A stretch of 64,000 nt of DNA. Source: Mobula hypostoma. Its lineage: Eukaryota. The DNA lies in assembly GCF_963921235.1 (NCBI RefSeq), contig NC_086115.1, positions 56,420,001 to 56,484,000 of the forward strand. Direction: 5' to 3'. A program made the position numbers and the translations under genes. The notes under the pieces were generated by a model. That model was given only the letters and a program-made list of their open reading frames with translations. It made no database searches and was not told the origin of the DNA. Shown here piece after piece: positions 39,420-53,680 of this stretch. The stretch's first letter is position 1; each line of letters opens with the position of its first letter.

Positions 39420-39964
39420 CAGTATTGTGCAAATGTCTTAGGCACATGTATATAGCTAGGGTGTCTCAGAATGTGCATAATACTGTAGTTGTCAATATGG
39501 AGCAGAGAGTCAGTTTGTAAATCTGGCGGGAGCAAAGGATGTTGGGAATGGCAAGGGCGGAGCTCTCCGAGAACAGCGTGGGACGGGTGGCAGAGGAGTG
39601 CCAGGGGTGCAGGGTGGCATGGATGCAGACACACCCAGCCCTGAGACACCAGGCAAAGTCATTTCATTCCAAACAACTGGTTTATTGCTCATTATGGAAT
39701 GTCTCTCTGGTGCTTCCCACTCCCTCCCCTCTTCCTTCCCCTTTTCCCAACCATGATTTCGTTCTCCCAGCCCTCTTCCTGCTCTCAGTCCACAGTAGAG
39801 ACTGGTATTAGAATCAGGTTTATCATCACATATGTCATAAAGTTTGTTCTTGTTTTTTGCTGCAGCCCTGTGCAGTACAATACTTAAAATTAATACAATA
39901 CTGTGCAAAAGTCTTAGGCATCCTGGCTATATATGTATGTGCCTAAGACTTTTGCACAGTACAA
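39420..39964. mobile_element. Composite Tc1-type MITE just downstream of the PRDX3 stop
   Basis: Two mutually inverted palindromic units of about 67 bp (CAGTA(C/T)TGTGCAAAAGTCTTAGGCAC) bracket about 410 bp of cargo; outer TA dinucleotides. Confidence 0.65.
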
Positions 39965-41384
39965 TATGATGTTCATCTAAAGTAAACCAGAACAGAAATT
40001 CTGTACCAACTAATGAATCACAAAATTAAACCAATGTTTTCTTTATACAAGAAAGTTTCAAATATAATCACCTAAATTGCATTTAATTCTGTAATTCTAA
40101 GTTATACCCGATACTCTAAATAAATGTACGAGTTCCTAAATTTATTGTCATCCAATTTTTTTCCAAGCCATCGCACTGCTGAGGAGCATCATGCAATTTT
40201 TCAAAAATGTAAACCAAGCCAAATTTTATTTGGTACTGAATGAATCGTTGGCAAGAATTCTACATAGTATTTGTGCATTATTGGTAATTAAAAGATTGTC
40301 ATTTTGTGTTGTATCTGGTATTACCAACCTAGATCTTCTCACAGGAAAATTCATTTGTTTACACGTCTTGTTAGTAGAAGTTCTCTTCCAAGATTAAGTA
40401 TATCTGCTAAAATGACTGGCTGCTTTTCCTCATAATTTAGGCAACAGTATTAACAAAGTAAAGGGGAATATTACTATGATTATATGACTAAAGGATGGGT
40501 TACTTTGAGATTTATCTCTGGTTCGACACCTCCAACCTGAGGAAACATTGATTCTGCATCTATCCTATTAATTCCTAAAAGAAGTGTGTAGATTTTGGAA
40601 AGATCATCTCTAATTGTTTATCAAGACACTACAAACCCAATGTCCTTAATTTTTCTTCATGACAAACATGCCATCCCAACTTTCCCTTTTGCAAGCACAT
40701 TCTTCCTTTGACAGGGAGATGAGCCCTGTTTGCAGTATTCTGGATGTGGTCTTACCAGGGCCCAATGAAACTGGGTAAAACATTTCTTCTCTCATATTCA
40801 AATCTTATGTTGATGACTTAGACCTTTTTAAAATCTTCTGGTTCTAACGAATGTTGATGTTTGCTTTCTTTACTGCTTGGAGACCAGTCCCTGTCCAGTA
40901 ATTTTAAGGTTTTTTTTAGCTTTGATATCTAGTAAATAGATATTAAGTATGTGGAACACATTTTTAATGTAAAGCTTCATACGTTACATTACTGATCACA
41001 AATCCATTACATTGAAATAAATCTTCACATGTGAACACTGACAAATTTAACAATTCCTTCCTTCATCGTAATGTACAAATCAAGTGACTTGAATTTAGCC
41101 CAGTCTTTCTCATTGATAAAATGATAGTGGTGACCAGAATATCAATCCTTGTGTATAGCAGTAGGGGAAAACCAAGTTCTATCTTGATCTTATTAAGAAT
41201 TTTCTGTATGCTTATCATTTTTTCCATCAGACCTAAATAAATCTATTTCTTTCAGTACTAATCTTGTACATTTAATTTCTCCTAAATAAGTATAATTCTC
41301 TGACTTGGTCAGTCTGTTTGTAATGGATTTCTCAAGCTCTGCTTTCTTTTCCAAATGCAAACATAAAATAACACACAAACTCAA

Positions 41385-42560
41385 ATTCTGCAGATGCTGG
41401 AAATCCAAAGCACACACAAACTACTGGAGGAACTCAGTAGGTCAGGTAGCATCCATGGAAATGAATAAACAGTTGATGTTTTGGATGGAGAGCCTTTTTC
41501 AGGACTAGAGAGGAAGGGGGAAGGTGTTAGATTAAAAAGGTGGGGGAGGGGAAAGGGGATAGCTGAAAGGTGATAGGTGAAGTCAGGTGGGTACGAGAGG
41601 TGAAGGGCTGGAGAGGAAGGAGTCTGATAGGAGAGGGTGTGGAGCATAGGAGAAAGGGAAGGAGGAGGGCACCGGTGGAGGTGATAGGTGAGAAGAGGTA
41701 AGAGGCCAGAGTTGGAAACAGAAGAGGGGACGAGAAGGGGGAATTTTTTTTTTAACTGGAAGCAGGAATGGATACTCATGCCGTTGGTTTGGAGGCTATC
41801 CAGAAGGAATATAAGGTGTTGATCTGGTGCCCTAATGGCAGCCTCATTGTGGCACAAGAGGAGGCCATGGACCAACATGTCAGAATGGAAATGGGAATCA
41901 GAATTAAAATGCTTGGCCACCGAGAAGTCCACTTTTGCCATATGGAGTGGGAGATGCTTGGCAAGGTGACCGACCAATTTACGATGGGCTTCACCAGTGT
42001 AGAGCAGGCTGCTTCGGGAAGATTGGATGACAATGAATGAGCCCAGCAGATTTGCAGGTAAAGTGTTGCCTCACCTGGAAGGACTGTTTATTCCCCTGAA
42101 TAGAGGTAAATGGCTGTTGTAGCACTTAGACTGCAGGGATTAAGTGCTGGAAAGGACATTAGTGAGGGATGAATGGGCATGGAATCACAGAGTGCTGAAA
42201 GCAGAGAGTGGGGGGAAGTAAAGATATGTTTGGTAGTAGGATCTCTTCGAAGGTAGTGGAAGTTGCAGAGGCTCATGGGGACAAGATTAAGCTGGTGGGA
42301 AGATGGGGTGAGCATGTTGTTTAGAAAATGGAGGGGATGTAGGTGTGGGCAGTGTCAATGGGGGAGGAAGAGAAACTGCTTTGAAGGAGGATATTTCTGA
42401 TATCCTGGGAAGGAAAGCCATGTCTTGGGAACAGATGCGATGGAAACAATGGAGCTGAGAAAAGGGAATAGCATTTTTACAGGTGATGGGGTGTGAAGAG
42501 GAATAGCCAAGATAACCATGGGAATTGGTAGATTTATAAAACGATGTTGGTCAACAGTTA
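41385..42560 (-). mobile_element. Penelope-like element fragment
   Basis: ORF 41381..41977 reads VAKHFNSDSHFHSDMLVHGLLLC...QHLIFLLDSLQ, the GIY-YIG region C-terminus. Confidence 0.85.
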
Positions 42561-45325
42561 AAATAACACAGTAGGCTGTAGAGCATCTGTGGGGAAAAAA
42601 TCAAGGAGTTGACTCACCTTTCATCAGAGCTTGGAGATGTTGGCGGTAACCAGGATCACTGAGTTTTTCCCATTACATTTACAGCACTTCTCTTGTCACA
42701 CCTTCATCTCTTTCCCAGCAAAGGATAACATTACCCTTATCACCTTTACCACTCAGCCAATAAACTCAGTAGAGTGTCTTTTGCAATTTTTATGACTAAC
42801 ATGACGATATGATGAAGCACACATTTCTTTCCCCTCTTGTTATTCTGAACTAATCATTCCCTCCAGGGCATTCCATCTCCTCCAATAATCATCCCTTTCA
42901 CATGGCATGCCAAGGCAGTAGCTTTAGTACCTGATAGAACTCAGCAGGTCAGGAAATTGATACATAGTTGATGTTTTGGGCCAACACCCATCTTCAGGAC
43001 TGAGAGGGAAGGGGGAAGATGCCAGAATAAAAAGGTGGGGGGGGGAGGGGAAGAAGGCTAGCTGGAACGTGATAGATGAAGCCAGGTGGGTAGGAAAGGT
43101 CAATGGCTAGATAAGAAGGACTTTAATAGGAAAGGAGAGTGGACCATAGGAGAAAGGGAAGAAGAGGGGACCCATGAGGAACCTGTCCTTTCCTGCCTAT
43201 AGCCCTTTCCTACTGTCTAGTTGCAATTTCCAGGTAAAACAGCAATTTCAGATTATACCTAGCTGCTTACTGTGTGGTATTTACACAGAGACCAAACACT
43301 GATTACAGATATTATGCTAATGAATTTAGCTACAAAGCCATTGAGTGTTAATATGTGAGTTTTCCATTTACAATTCAATTTTTCTAGGAAGATTCTACCA
43401 ACGTACCTATAATATTTTCAATATATGAAATATTGCTGAACAAAGTGTCTCCCTGATGCATAATCTACACGTAAATCACAAAATACTTGTACTGCTTTGG
43501 GGAAAGCTTCAGTGTTGCAATACGATCCCAACCTTCTGATTGCCTATCAGTTTCGTTCTCTTTCTGACTCTTGTCTTGGCCTTTGCATTGTAATTTAGAA
43601 ACATCTGTGGGAGTGGGGTAAAAGGGTGGGTTGGGGAGGTGGTGTTGTGTACAGAGAGTTTAAGAAGAAGATGAAAGGAGAATTCATAAAACTCATAAAA
43701 TTCTTACTGGGCTTGACAGGCTGGGAGATTCTTTTTGCCAGATTTATGAATCACAAGTTTCAAAATAAGTGGTAGGATTTTCCCTTTTCCCTTAAGCACC
43801 ACAAAGTTCAAAGTAAATTTATCATCAAAGTACATATACGTCACCATATACAAATCCTGAGATTGATTTTCTTGCAGGCAATCACAGTAAATACAAAAAG
43901 TCCGATACACTTTTGTAAAGAAGTGACCTGTATAAATGACATGCAAAACAATTTTTTTCACTACATTTCAGTACATGTGGCAATAATTGCCTTGCTAGTC
44001 TGTTTAAGACAGTATAGGAAAAAAAGTATTTTATTTTCTATCTTAGAGTTAATTGAAAGGAGGGGTTCATCAGTTTCTGTGGTAGAAGGTGACATTTATC
44101 TTGCCGAGTGGCATGATTGAAGGTTCAGGAGGCCTACTGTACTTCTATTTCTTGTGTTGAGCAAGTACCTTGCTTTTACATATGGACATGCTACGGCCTT
44201 CTGTGTCCAACTGTTTCAGGAAATGCAGCAAAAGAGCACTTCAACCTTTGTTTTTGAACTTCTTTCTTGTGGTAATTTCAAGACTTGAAATTGTCCACTC
44301 CGTCAGGAAAAATGCGAATGAAGAAGCAGAGAGATCTAAATGTCCTAGGAAATATCTGCAAAGGGTACAGCGAGTAATTCGGAAAGCTAAGAGAATGTTA
44401 TTGTTAATGCTTGGAGTTGAATACCAAATTGGCAGGTTATGCTCTGTGGGCCATTCCTGAGGCCACATCAGGTGGGCAGTGTAAATTGGTTATGTGCCAT
44501 ATCATATGGCAGAGACGATCATGGCCTTTTCATGACCGTGACTGCTCTTAGCAAATTTTTCTATAGAACTGGTTTGCCATTGCCTTCTGGGCAGTGTCTT
44601 TACAAGACAGGTGACCCCAGCCATTATCAATACTATTCAGAAACTGTCTGCCTGGTGCTCGCATAACCAGGAATTGTGATATGCACCAGCTGCTCATACG
44701 ACCATCCACCACCTGTTCCCGTGGCTTCACGTGACCCTGATCGGGGGCTAAGTAGGTGCTACACCTTGCCCAAGGGTGACCTGCAGGCTAGAGGAGAGAA
44801 AGAGTGCTTTACACCTCTTTTGGTAGAGGTGTATCTCCACCCTGCCACCCAAAGCACAGTATTGGATGTAAATGCATTGGAAACAGTTTACAAGGATTTA
44901 CTTGACTAATAGCTGAAATGGTCAGTTGTCCTTTAAGAAGAGGTTCAATGGGCTTTTATCGCCAACAACTTGAGGAATGAGAAGTGACTTAATTAAAGCA
45001 GAAAGTTCTGAAGTCTTGATGCAGAGACAAGTTTCTTCTAGGAGAATCGAGAGTTAAAGGTCACTTGTTTAAATATACAGGATTTAAAAAGATATGGCAA
45101 AATATTTTCTTAAAGGGAGTTGTTGGTCCTTGGAACTCCCTTTCTTAAAGGCTGTTGGAATTGGAGTATTTCACTGTTTTAAAGGCTGAGTTGATAAACT
45201 TTTGATAGGTAAGAATGTGAAAGGTTACTGGGATTAAGTGAGAATATGGAATTGAATTTGCATTCAGATCAGCCGTGATTTGACTGAGTGGCCTTCCTTT
45301 TTCTGTCTTTCCCCAGCCTTTTCTC

Positions 45326-46830
45326 AGAATCAGAATCAAGTTTATTGTCACTGACATACACTTGGTGGCCACTCTATTAAGTACACCTGTACACGTGCTC
45401 ATTAATGTAAATAGATAATCAGCTAATCATGTGGCAGCAACTCAGTACAATAAAAGCATGCAGACATGGCCAAGAGGTTCAGTTGTTCAGACTAAACATC
45501 AGAATGGGGGAAGAAATATAAGTGACTTTAACTGTGTAATTATTGCTAGTGCCAGGCGGGGTGGTTTGAGTATCTCAGAAACTGCTGATACCTTGGGATT
45601 TTCACACACCACAATCTGAGAATGGTGTGAAAGACAGGAAAATGTCCAGTGAGTGGCAGTACTGAGGGTGTAAATGCCTTGTTGATGAGAGAGGTCAGAG
45701 GAGAATGGCCAGACTGCTTCAAACTGACAGTAACACAAATAGACACACGTTACAACAGTGGTGTGCAAAGAGCATCTCTAAGCGCCCAACACATCAAACC
45801 TTAAAGTGGATGTGTTACAGCAGCAGAAGACCACGAACATACAGTCAGTGGCCACCTAAATTGGGGACACGGAGTGTATATCATGAAATGCAATGTTTTG
45901 TGGCAGCAGTACAGTGCAATACATATACAATTACTATAAGTTACAAAAAATATATAAAATATAAATGAACAGTGCAAAAAGAGAGCAAAATTGTGAGATA
46001 GTGTCCATGATTCATGGGCCATTGAGAAATCTGATGGTGGAGGGGAAGAAGCTGTTCCTAAAATTTTGAGTGTGCATCCTTAGGCTCCTGTACCTCCTCC
46101 CTGATGCTAGTGAGAAGTTAGCATGTCATGGATGATGATGGTCCTTAATGATGGATGCTGTATTTTGAAGATGTCCTTGATGTTGGGGAGGCTAGTGCCC
46201 ATGATGGAGCTGGGTGAGTACACAACCCTCTGCAGCTTTTCTTGAGAATTCCATAATGGACAGTGATGCAACCAGTGAGAGTGCTCTCAACAATATGTCT
46301 GTTGAAATGTGTTGGACTCTTTAGTGATATACTAAGTCCCCTCAAACTTCAAAGTTCATAATATGTCACCATCAATAACCATGAAATTTATTTTCTTGTG
46401 GGTGTACTCAACAAATCCTATTGAAATATCGCTGCTGGTGTGTCTTTTTCTTGATTGCCTCAATATGTTGGGCCCAGGAAAAGATCATCTGAGGTACTGA
46501 CGTCCAGGAACTTGAAGCTGCTCACTCTTTCCACTGCTGAGGCCTCGATGAGGATGGGTGTGTGTTCTCCTGATTTCCCCTTCCTGGCATTGAGAACAAG
46601 GTTGTTGTAGGGGCACCACTCAATTAGCTGATCTACCTCACTCTTGTATGCCTCCTCATCTCCATATGCAGTTCTACCAAAAACAGATCTGTCATTGGTG
46701 AATTTGTAGTTTGCATTTGAACTGTGTCTGGGCACACAGTCATGGGTGTAGAGAGGGTAGAGCAGTGGGCTAACATGTATCCTTGAGGTGCACCTCGGTT
46801 GGTTGTCAGTGAAGAGATGTAATTTCTAAT
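45326..46830 (-). mobile_element. Decayed Rex1/Babar LINE (RT + 3' end)
   Basis: GAPQG, KFTND (from KFADD) and ERVSSFKFL motifs in ORFs 46460..46857. Confidence 0.85.
45359..45876 (+). mobile_element. Internally deleted Tc1-like transposon (same family as 8761-9272) nested in the Rex1 tail
   Basis: ARRGGLSISETADTLGFSHTTI; TA at both ends; the host tail resumes afterwards. Confidence 0.8.
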
Positions 46831-49800
46831 CTGCACTGATTGCAACGCCGACTGCAATTTGCAATCTATTAATTTTTTTTCTTGATCTGATGAAAGGACG
46901 TTGTCCTGAAATGGTTAGCTATGATTTTCCACAAATGCTTCCCAACTTTCTGAGTATTTCCAGTGTTTTGTTTACATGCTTAAAAAAAATTTGTTAAGTA
47001 CCTCATGTCGATCAGTATCTCACACAACAATCTTTGATATTGCCTTTAAAGTAACTTTGCATGTGGCCTGCAGATGGAAGGATGATGGAATGGTGGAGCA
47101 GGTTCAATGGGCTGACTAGCCTGATTCTGCTCATACCATTAGATCTTATAATGGTCCAATTAAGTTGCCCGGTTGTAGCCAAATTATGATCATCGGCTCT
47201 GATTAAAATTCTGAGTAAAAACTTCCAGAGGTAGTTTTCTTAGTTTTTTTTTAATATATTCTCTATATTACCAGCGACCTGGGCTCAGTTCCCGCCGCTA
47301 CCTGTAAGAACTTTGTAGGTTCTGACCATGACTGCGTGGGTTCCTCTGGGTGCTCCAGTTTCCTCCCACAGTCTAAAGGCATTCCGATTGGTAGGTTAAT
47401 TGTTCATTGTAAATTGTCCCATCATTAGGCTAGGGTTAAATAGGGAGTTGCTAGGTGGCACAGCCTGAAGGGCCGGAAGGTCCTACTCCACACTCAATAC
47501 ATAAATAAATAAAAATAGAATTACTGAATCTAAGCCTGTCATGATGCTTGACATTCATCCTAATTCGAGTTTAGTTTGTAAAATAGCAATTAAACAATCA
47601 AATACACCCTCTTCTCAATGGTCTAATGTTATGCTGTGGCTCAATTTGTGTTTGCAGTGTATTTGAAAGTGAACTTGTTTTTGATTCATAACATATTATG
47701 ACATTGACGATGCCCATATGCCCCTTGTCCTTGTGTAGACTCTGCAGGAGCTGTCTGTGTGCTCTTTCCCCTCCACTTGTATCTGTAATCCTAGACGGTT
47801 GCTATGTACCCTTCCTTTCACCATTTTGCACATTTTGTTGAGTTTGACATTTTCCAGCTGATTTTTATAAAGCTCTTTGTTCCTAACTTGAGTTCGTGAG
47901 CCTTGAACCAATTTTCCCCTTTATTCCTTCTGCAACTTGCCAACTTAGAAAGGTGATTTTCATATTTTGGTTCACATTCTTTGACCCTTTGGCAGATTTC
48001 TGGTCTGCTTCATAATGAGAGTTTTCATGTTTTCTCACTTTATAGTTCAGATTGTTGTCATCTGCGCCATTTTGCTTTTAATGTTATTTTCAATAAAATC
48101 AGCATGTTGTCCTGAAGGCATACTTCTCTATTTCGTACAAAGTGAAGGAATGCCATACCAATAAGAGCACTAGCTGTGGGCAGGTCATGCTCCATTGCCC
48201 TTCATTTTGGTGTTAGAGATTATTATTTGGTTTCAAGATTTAAAAGATTCAAAGTACATTTATTATTAAAGTATGTATGCAGCATACAACTCTGAGATTC
48301 ATCTTCCCCATAGACAGCACCAAAACAAAGAAAACTATGGAACGCCTTCAAAGAAAATAACCCCCCCACCCCACCACATGCAGAAAAGTGCAAATTGCAA
48401 CAAAAAAGAGCGAAAACACAGGATATAAAACACAAAATCAAAAGAGTCCAGGCATATTCAGTTCAGCTCAGCAAACAAACTTTTTACTCCAGATGATTGA
48501 ATTCCCCTTTACATCATCGTTTTGATGTCTGGAATCTGTCCTCATTTGAATGAGAGCCACTTAACTTTTGCAGAGACCAGATAATTTTTGTGTGCAGTGA
48601 CAAATTAATGTAGAGCCACACTGAGGTGGGTGAAGTCACCTGAAGTGCAAAAGCTGGCAGCCACTGATAACTGATTCGGAGAAGGAAAACCCTTTTGAAA
48701 CTTTGACCAGCAGATCGTTGAATGGTCAAACCCACAACTTGGTTATTCTTTAAAATAAATATAATCACAGTGCAAATACTTTATTTTGTGTCCAAATGCC
48801 TTCAATAATAGTGTGTTTCTTACCAGATTAAACATAGACTAAAAGTAGTAATTTTCCTAATGACATTTGGATTCTTCAGTCAGGCATACTCTAGATTTGT
48901 CTGGATGTTGCAATGTACCTACTCTTTTTTCATTATGTGGTCTGCGTATGCATCCAGTATTTTACTGGCCAGATTTTGGCAAGACAAGATCGTTATACGT
49001 ATAGCTTGTGTGAATAAAATTAAATGGCTGTGGCCACTTAATATTCAGTAGCAAATATGGGAATAAAATTTATTTATGGGCTTCAAGGAGTTGGATTATA
49101 TTATTCGTGAGTGTGTGAGCCTTTAAACTAGTGTTCAGGACCTTATACGGACCGGCAAATCTCAGTGCCCAGCAGAACAAATTTGATAACAAGAAACTGT
49201 GTGTGCCATTGAGACTGTTGTTTTCACTTAATGGGCAAATTGGGAATACTGTAATTGTTCTATTTGGAAAAAGTGGTACATGGTTAACTGAATGGCTTTC
49301 ATAAAAAGTTATAATCTTAAGTGGATTGGGTTGATGCATTTGAAGAAAGATTTATTGCCCTGAAGTAGGGGTTTCCAGCCTGGGGTCCACAGATCCCTCA
49401 GTTAATGGTAAGGATCCATTGCGTAAAACAGGTTGGGGACCCCTGAATTCCAGTATAATTAATATGAGTAATGATTAATATACAGTCTACCAGCAGCAGT
49501 ATCCCAAGACTAATCCTCATTTTACTGAGGATCTAAGTATTCCCTGAGCTACAAACATGGGCTTCCAATGTCCCATGATATTGACCTGAAGCTCATATTT
49601 GGCATGCCAAATCTCATGTGACTAGCTCAGCATGGTTTCAATAGGGGTTCCACAAGCATTGAAAGGCATGCAGAAACAGACAAACTCTTTGGTCTTTTGT
49701 TCTCAAGCCGTTGGTCCCTGAGTCCAGGAAAGAATCCAGCTGCTATCAGCAAATATTAGAGATTAACAGACCTAGTGTTTAAATTATACAGACACCTTAC

Positions 49801-51639
49801 ATGCTGCAAGCTCACAAAGAGTTAATGTGTCACTTGGAAATGTTCAGACTTTCGTCCAATATCTCACAAAGTTTAATACAACACACCCTTTTATAATAAT
49901 TGGAAGTGATATGTGATTACACTCACTGCTGTAAAGTGGGAAGCATGGTGATGAGTTTACACATAGCAAGCAGAAACAACTACGCAAGTGTTGTAATAAT
50001 GTTGAAAGAGGTAGCGTAAGTCTGCTGCTCTCTAAAGTTCCCTGGGGTCATTTATTTTTTCTTGAGAAAGCAGTAGTTTAGTAATTCATATAAGGCTAGC
50101 ACTTCTGATAATGCAGTCCTCTCTGTATACTTTTGTGTCCTGGTGTGGGACTTGAACGCATGAAGCTTTGCCGCAGAGCAAATGCGTGACAAACCAGAGT
50201 CCCAACCACCAACTGTTGACTTTGAAAGGACAAAGTTTGATACTGGAAGTGCTTTCAAATATAATTATTTGTTATTACTTGTTAGGAAATGTACAAGATT
50301 TCACTATAGTACGACATTAGGTTATTAATCGCTTAAGTTCTCAAAACAGAATAGTTTTGAGTTGAGATTTAAAATAAACAACAGCACTTTAAATTCCTAT
50401 GAGGAGCAGCTTGAGACAAGCAGGATTGTTATCATGATGCAGCAATGTGTTTAATATGCTCGTGAAGCAGACAATAGTCGGGGACATTGCTTAGTTCTCA
50501 TTTGGAATACAGTATATATTACAACATTGAGCAGCCCCTGCTGGTTAGTTTGAGTAAACGTTGTAGCATATTGAGGTCTTGAGTGAATTTATATCACATC
50601 TTGTACTTTGTATTTCTCTGCACATTAATTTTATTTTTTGGGGGGGACTATTTACATTCAAAACAGAAAATGAAAATCAGTATAGAGTTGGTAAACTCTT
50701 GATAGCATTTGTAAATGCGATTTATTTTCCATTATGCTACCTTCTGTCTGGACAGTTGAAGATTACCTTTGTCAGTGCTGGCCTGTTCTGATGGAAACTG
50801 GTGTCAATTGAAAACCATCAAAGTTAGGTCTTAGCATTTGTATTTCATTGTGAAACAAAGACAACTAAAATCAGTGTAAAGTTAAAAGAATGTAATTGTT
50901 TTCGGAATACAAGGTTGAAACTGGATTGGAACACAATACGTATAGGTAAATCTCAAACTGTTTCTAGTTTTTATTTTTGAAACATCCCTTCATTCAAGAT
51001 CTGAATATAAGCCATTTCAGGTTGATTGTCTGAGGCATCTGCAGAAAATCTTCATCTGTTTTTGATCTTTAGACGTTCAGCTTTGCTTTCAATCAGGCAA
51101 AAGTGCAATAAATTGCAAAGCTACTTTTGCAGATATCTTCCACTATCTTGCCAGGCAGAGTGATGTCACCCCCCACCCCCAACTCAGAAGCAGCAACAAA
51201 TAAAACTAGTTTTTTTTGTCTGGAATGCTTAGATCATAGGATTCAAAGATTAAAGGAAGGAATTGCTGCAAGATATTTTCAGAAGTCTTATTGCAATACA
51301 CTGTGGGTTCTGACAATGTCTCTTTCCTTATTGGAATTTAGAATATGCCTTTTTGATTAGGGTTGTAATCCTGAACATAAATGTGTAACACTCTGTTTCT
51401 GTGGTAGTGTCTAAAGTGCAATCAGCCTCTGAGACAAATTGCAAAATACTTGGTCAAGAAATTCTCATGACCAGCATTCTTTTGTCAGCCAACATCATCA
51501 TGAAGAGGCGAACTGGCCATTCATCTGTTAGTTCCTCTGCTGCATGCAAAATTGCCCTCAGGTTTACTTGGATAAGGGTATTAGTTCTGTGCACATCATT
51601 AAAAAAATGTAAGGATAAAAATGCATACCTATAAATCCT

Positions 51640-52502
51640 TCCCCCCACCTCCTTCTGCTTTCCGCGGGGATCGCTCCCTATGCAACTCCCTTGACTATTC
51701 GTTCTCCCTACTGACCTCCCTCCTGGCACTTATCCTTGCAAGCGGAATGAGTGCTACACCTGCTCCTACACCTCCTCCCTCACTACCATTCAGGGCCCCG
51801 AACAGTCCTTCCAAGTGAGGCAGCATTTCACCCGTGAGTCTGTTGGTGTCATCTTTTGTATCTGGTGCTCCCGGTGTGGCCCCTTGTATATTGGTGAGAC
51901 CTGACATAGAATGGGAGACCACTTGGCTGATCACCTATGCTCCATCCACCAGAAAAAGCGGCATCTCCCAGTGGCCACCCATTTTAATTCCACTTCCCAT
52001 TCCCATTCAGACATGTCCATCCATGGCCTCCTTTACTGTCCTGATGAGGTCACACTAAGGAGGAGCAACACCTTATATTCTGTCTGGGTAGCCTCCAACC
52101 TGATGGCATGAACATCGATTTCTCGAGCTTCCAGTAATATCCCCTCCCCCTTAACCATTCCCCATCCCCTTTTCCATCTCTCACTTTGCTCCTTAGCTGA
52201 TCTCACCTTCCCTGTTACTCCTCCCCCTTTCCTTTCTTCCGTGGCCTTCTGTCCTCTCCTATCAGATTCCCCTTCTCTGGCCCTGAATCTCTATTCACCA
52301 ATCAACATTCCAACTCTTTACTTCACCCCTCCCCCTCACAGTTTCATCTATCACCTTGTGTTTCTTCCTCCCCTCCCATCACCCTCTGACTCCTCATCTT
52401 TATTTTCTCCAGTCCTGCTGAAAGGCCCAAAATGTCGACTGTACTCTTCCATAGATGCTGCCTGGCCTACTGAGTTCCTCCAGCATTTTGCATGTGTTGC
52501 TT
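51640..52502 (+). mobile_element. Penelope-like element fragment
   Basis: CGPLYIGET and DHLCSIHQKKRHLPVATHFNSTSHSHSDMSIHGLLYC; characteristic tail. Confidence 0.85.
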
Positions 52503-52689
52503 AAAAAAAGGGACATGTTTTATAATAAATTATTATAATAAAATATTTTTTAAAAATTAGAATAAAATACAACACTAAGTACAGGTGCAGAGCACCTTTA
52601 AAATAATATTTAAATCATAGACATCTCTGTAATCCAATCACTACCTTGGTGATGAGAGGGCATACATGAGCAAGATATACATATCAACT

Positions 52690-53320
52690 ATTTCAGTGGG
52701 GTCGCAGCAACAACCTTGCATTCAACGTCAATCAGAACAAAGAATTGATTGTGGACTTCAGAAATGGTAAGACAAGGGAACACACACCAGTCCTCATAGA
52801 GTGATCAGAAGTGGAAAGAGTGAGCAATTTCAAGTTCCTCGCTGTCTATCAATACCATTGAGGATCTATCCTGGGCCCAACATACCGATGCAGCTACGAA
52901 GGAGGGATGACAGCAGCTATATTTCATTAGGAGTTTGAGGAAATTTGTAATGTCACCAAAGACACTTGCAAATTTCTACATGGAGAGCATTCTAACTGGC
53001 TGCCTCACCATCTACTGTACAGGATCAAAATAAGCTGCAGAGGGCTGTCAACGTTGTCAGCTCCATCATGGGCACTAGCCTCTGTAGTATCCAGGACATC
53101 TTCAAGGAGCAATGTCTCAAAAAAGCAGCGTCCATCATTAAGGACCCCGTCACCCATGACATGCCCTCTTCTCATTGCTACCATCGGGAAGGAGGTACAG
53201 AAGCTCAAAGGCACACTCTCAGGGACAGCTTCTTCCACTCTGCCATCCCATTTTTAAATGGACATTGAACCCATGAACACTACCTCACTACTTTTTAATT
53301 TTTAAAAAATTTTTAACACA

Positions 53321-53357
<37 letters not shown>

Positions 53358-53680
53358 TCTCTATATATATATTTACTGTAATTCACATTATTTTTCTCGA
53401 TTAGTATGTATTGCAGTGTACTGCTGCCACAAAGTCATAGAAACATAGAAACATAGAAAATAGATGCAGGAGTAGGCCATTCGGCCCTTCGAGCCTGCAC
53501 CGCCATTTATTATGATCATGGCTGATCATCCAACTCAGAACCCAGCCTTCCCTCCATACCCCCTGACCCCTGTAGCCACAAGGGCCATATCTAACTTCCT
53601 TTTAAACATAGCTAATGAACTGGCCTCAACAAGTCAAAAAATTTCACAGCATATGCCAATGATGTTAAACCTGATTCTGA
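52690..53680 (+). mobile_element. Rex1/Babar LINE 3' part with a (CT)n(TA)n microsatellite at about 53320-53372
   Basis: KELIVDFR, VERVSNFKFL and DSFFHSAIPFLN motifs. Confidence 0.8.
53436..53630 (-). mobile_element. Short young CR1 3' end, same subfamily as 37858-39037
   Basis: Near-identical reverse complement of about 38845-39037; (CATAGAAA)n tail; AAGTCA on both flanks. Confidence 0.9.

Noticed and set aside
50080-50200. Conserved ncRNA-like segment
   Set aside because: GTTCAAGTCCCAC..CAGGAC on the minus strand looks like a decayed Deu-type SINE; too eroded to call
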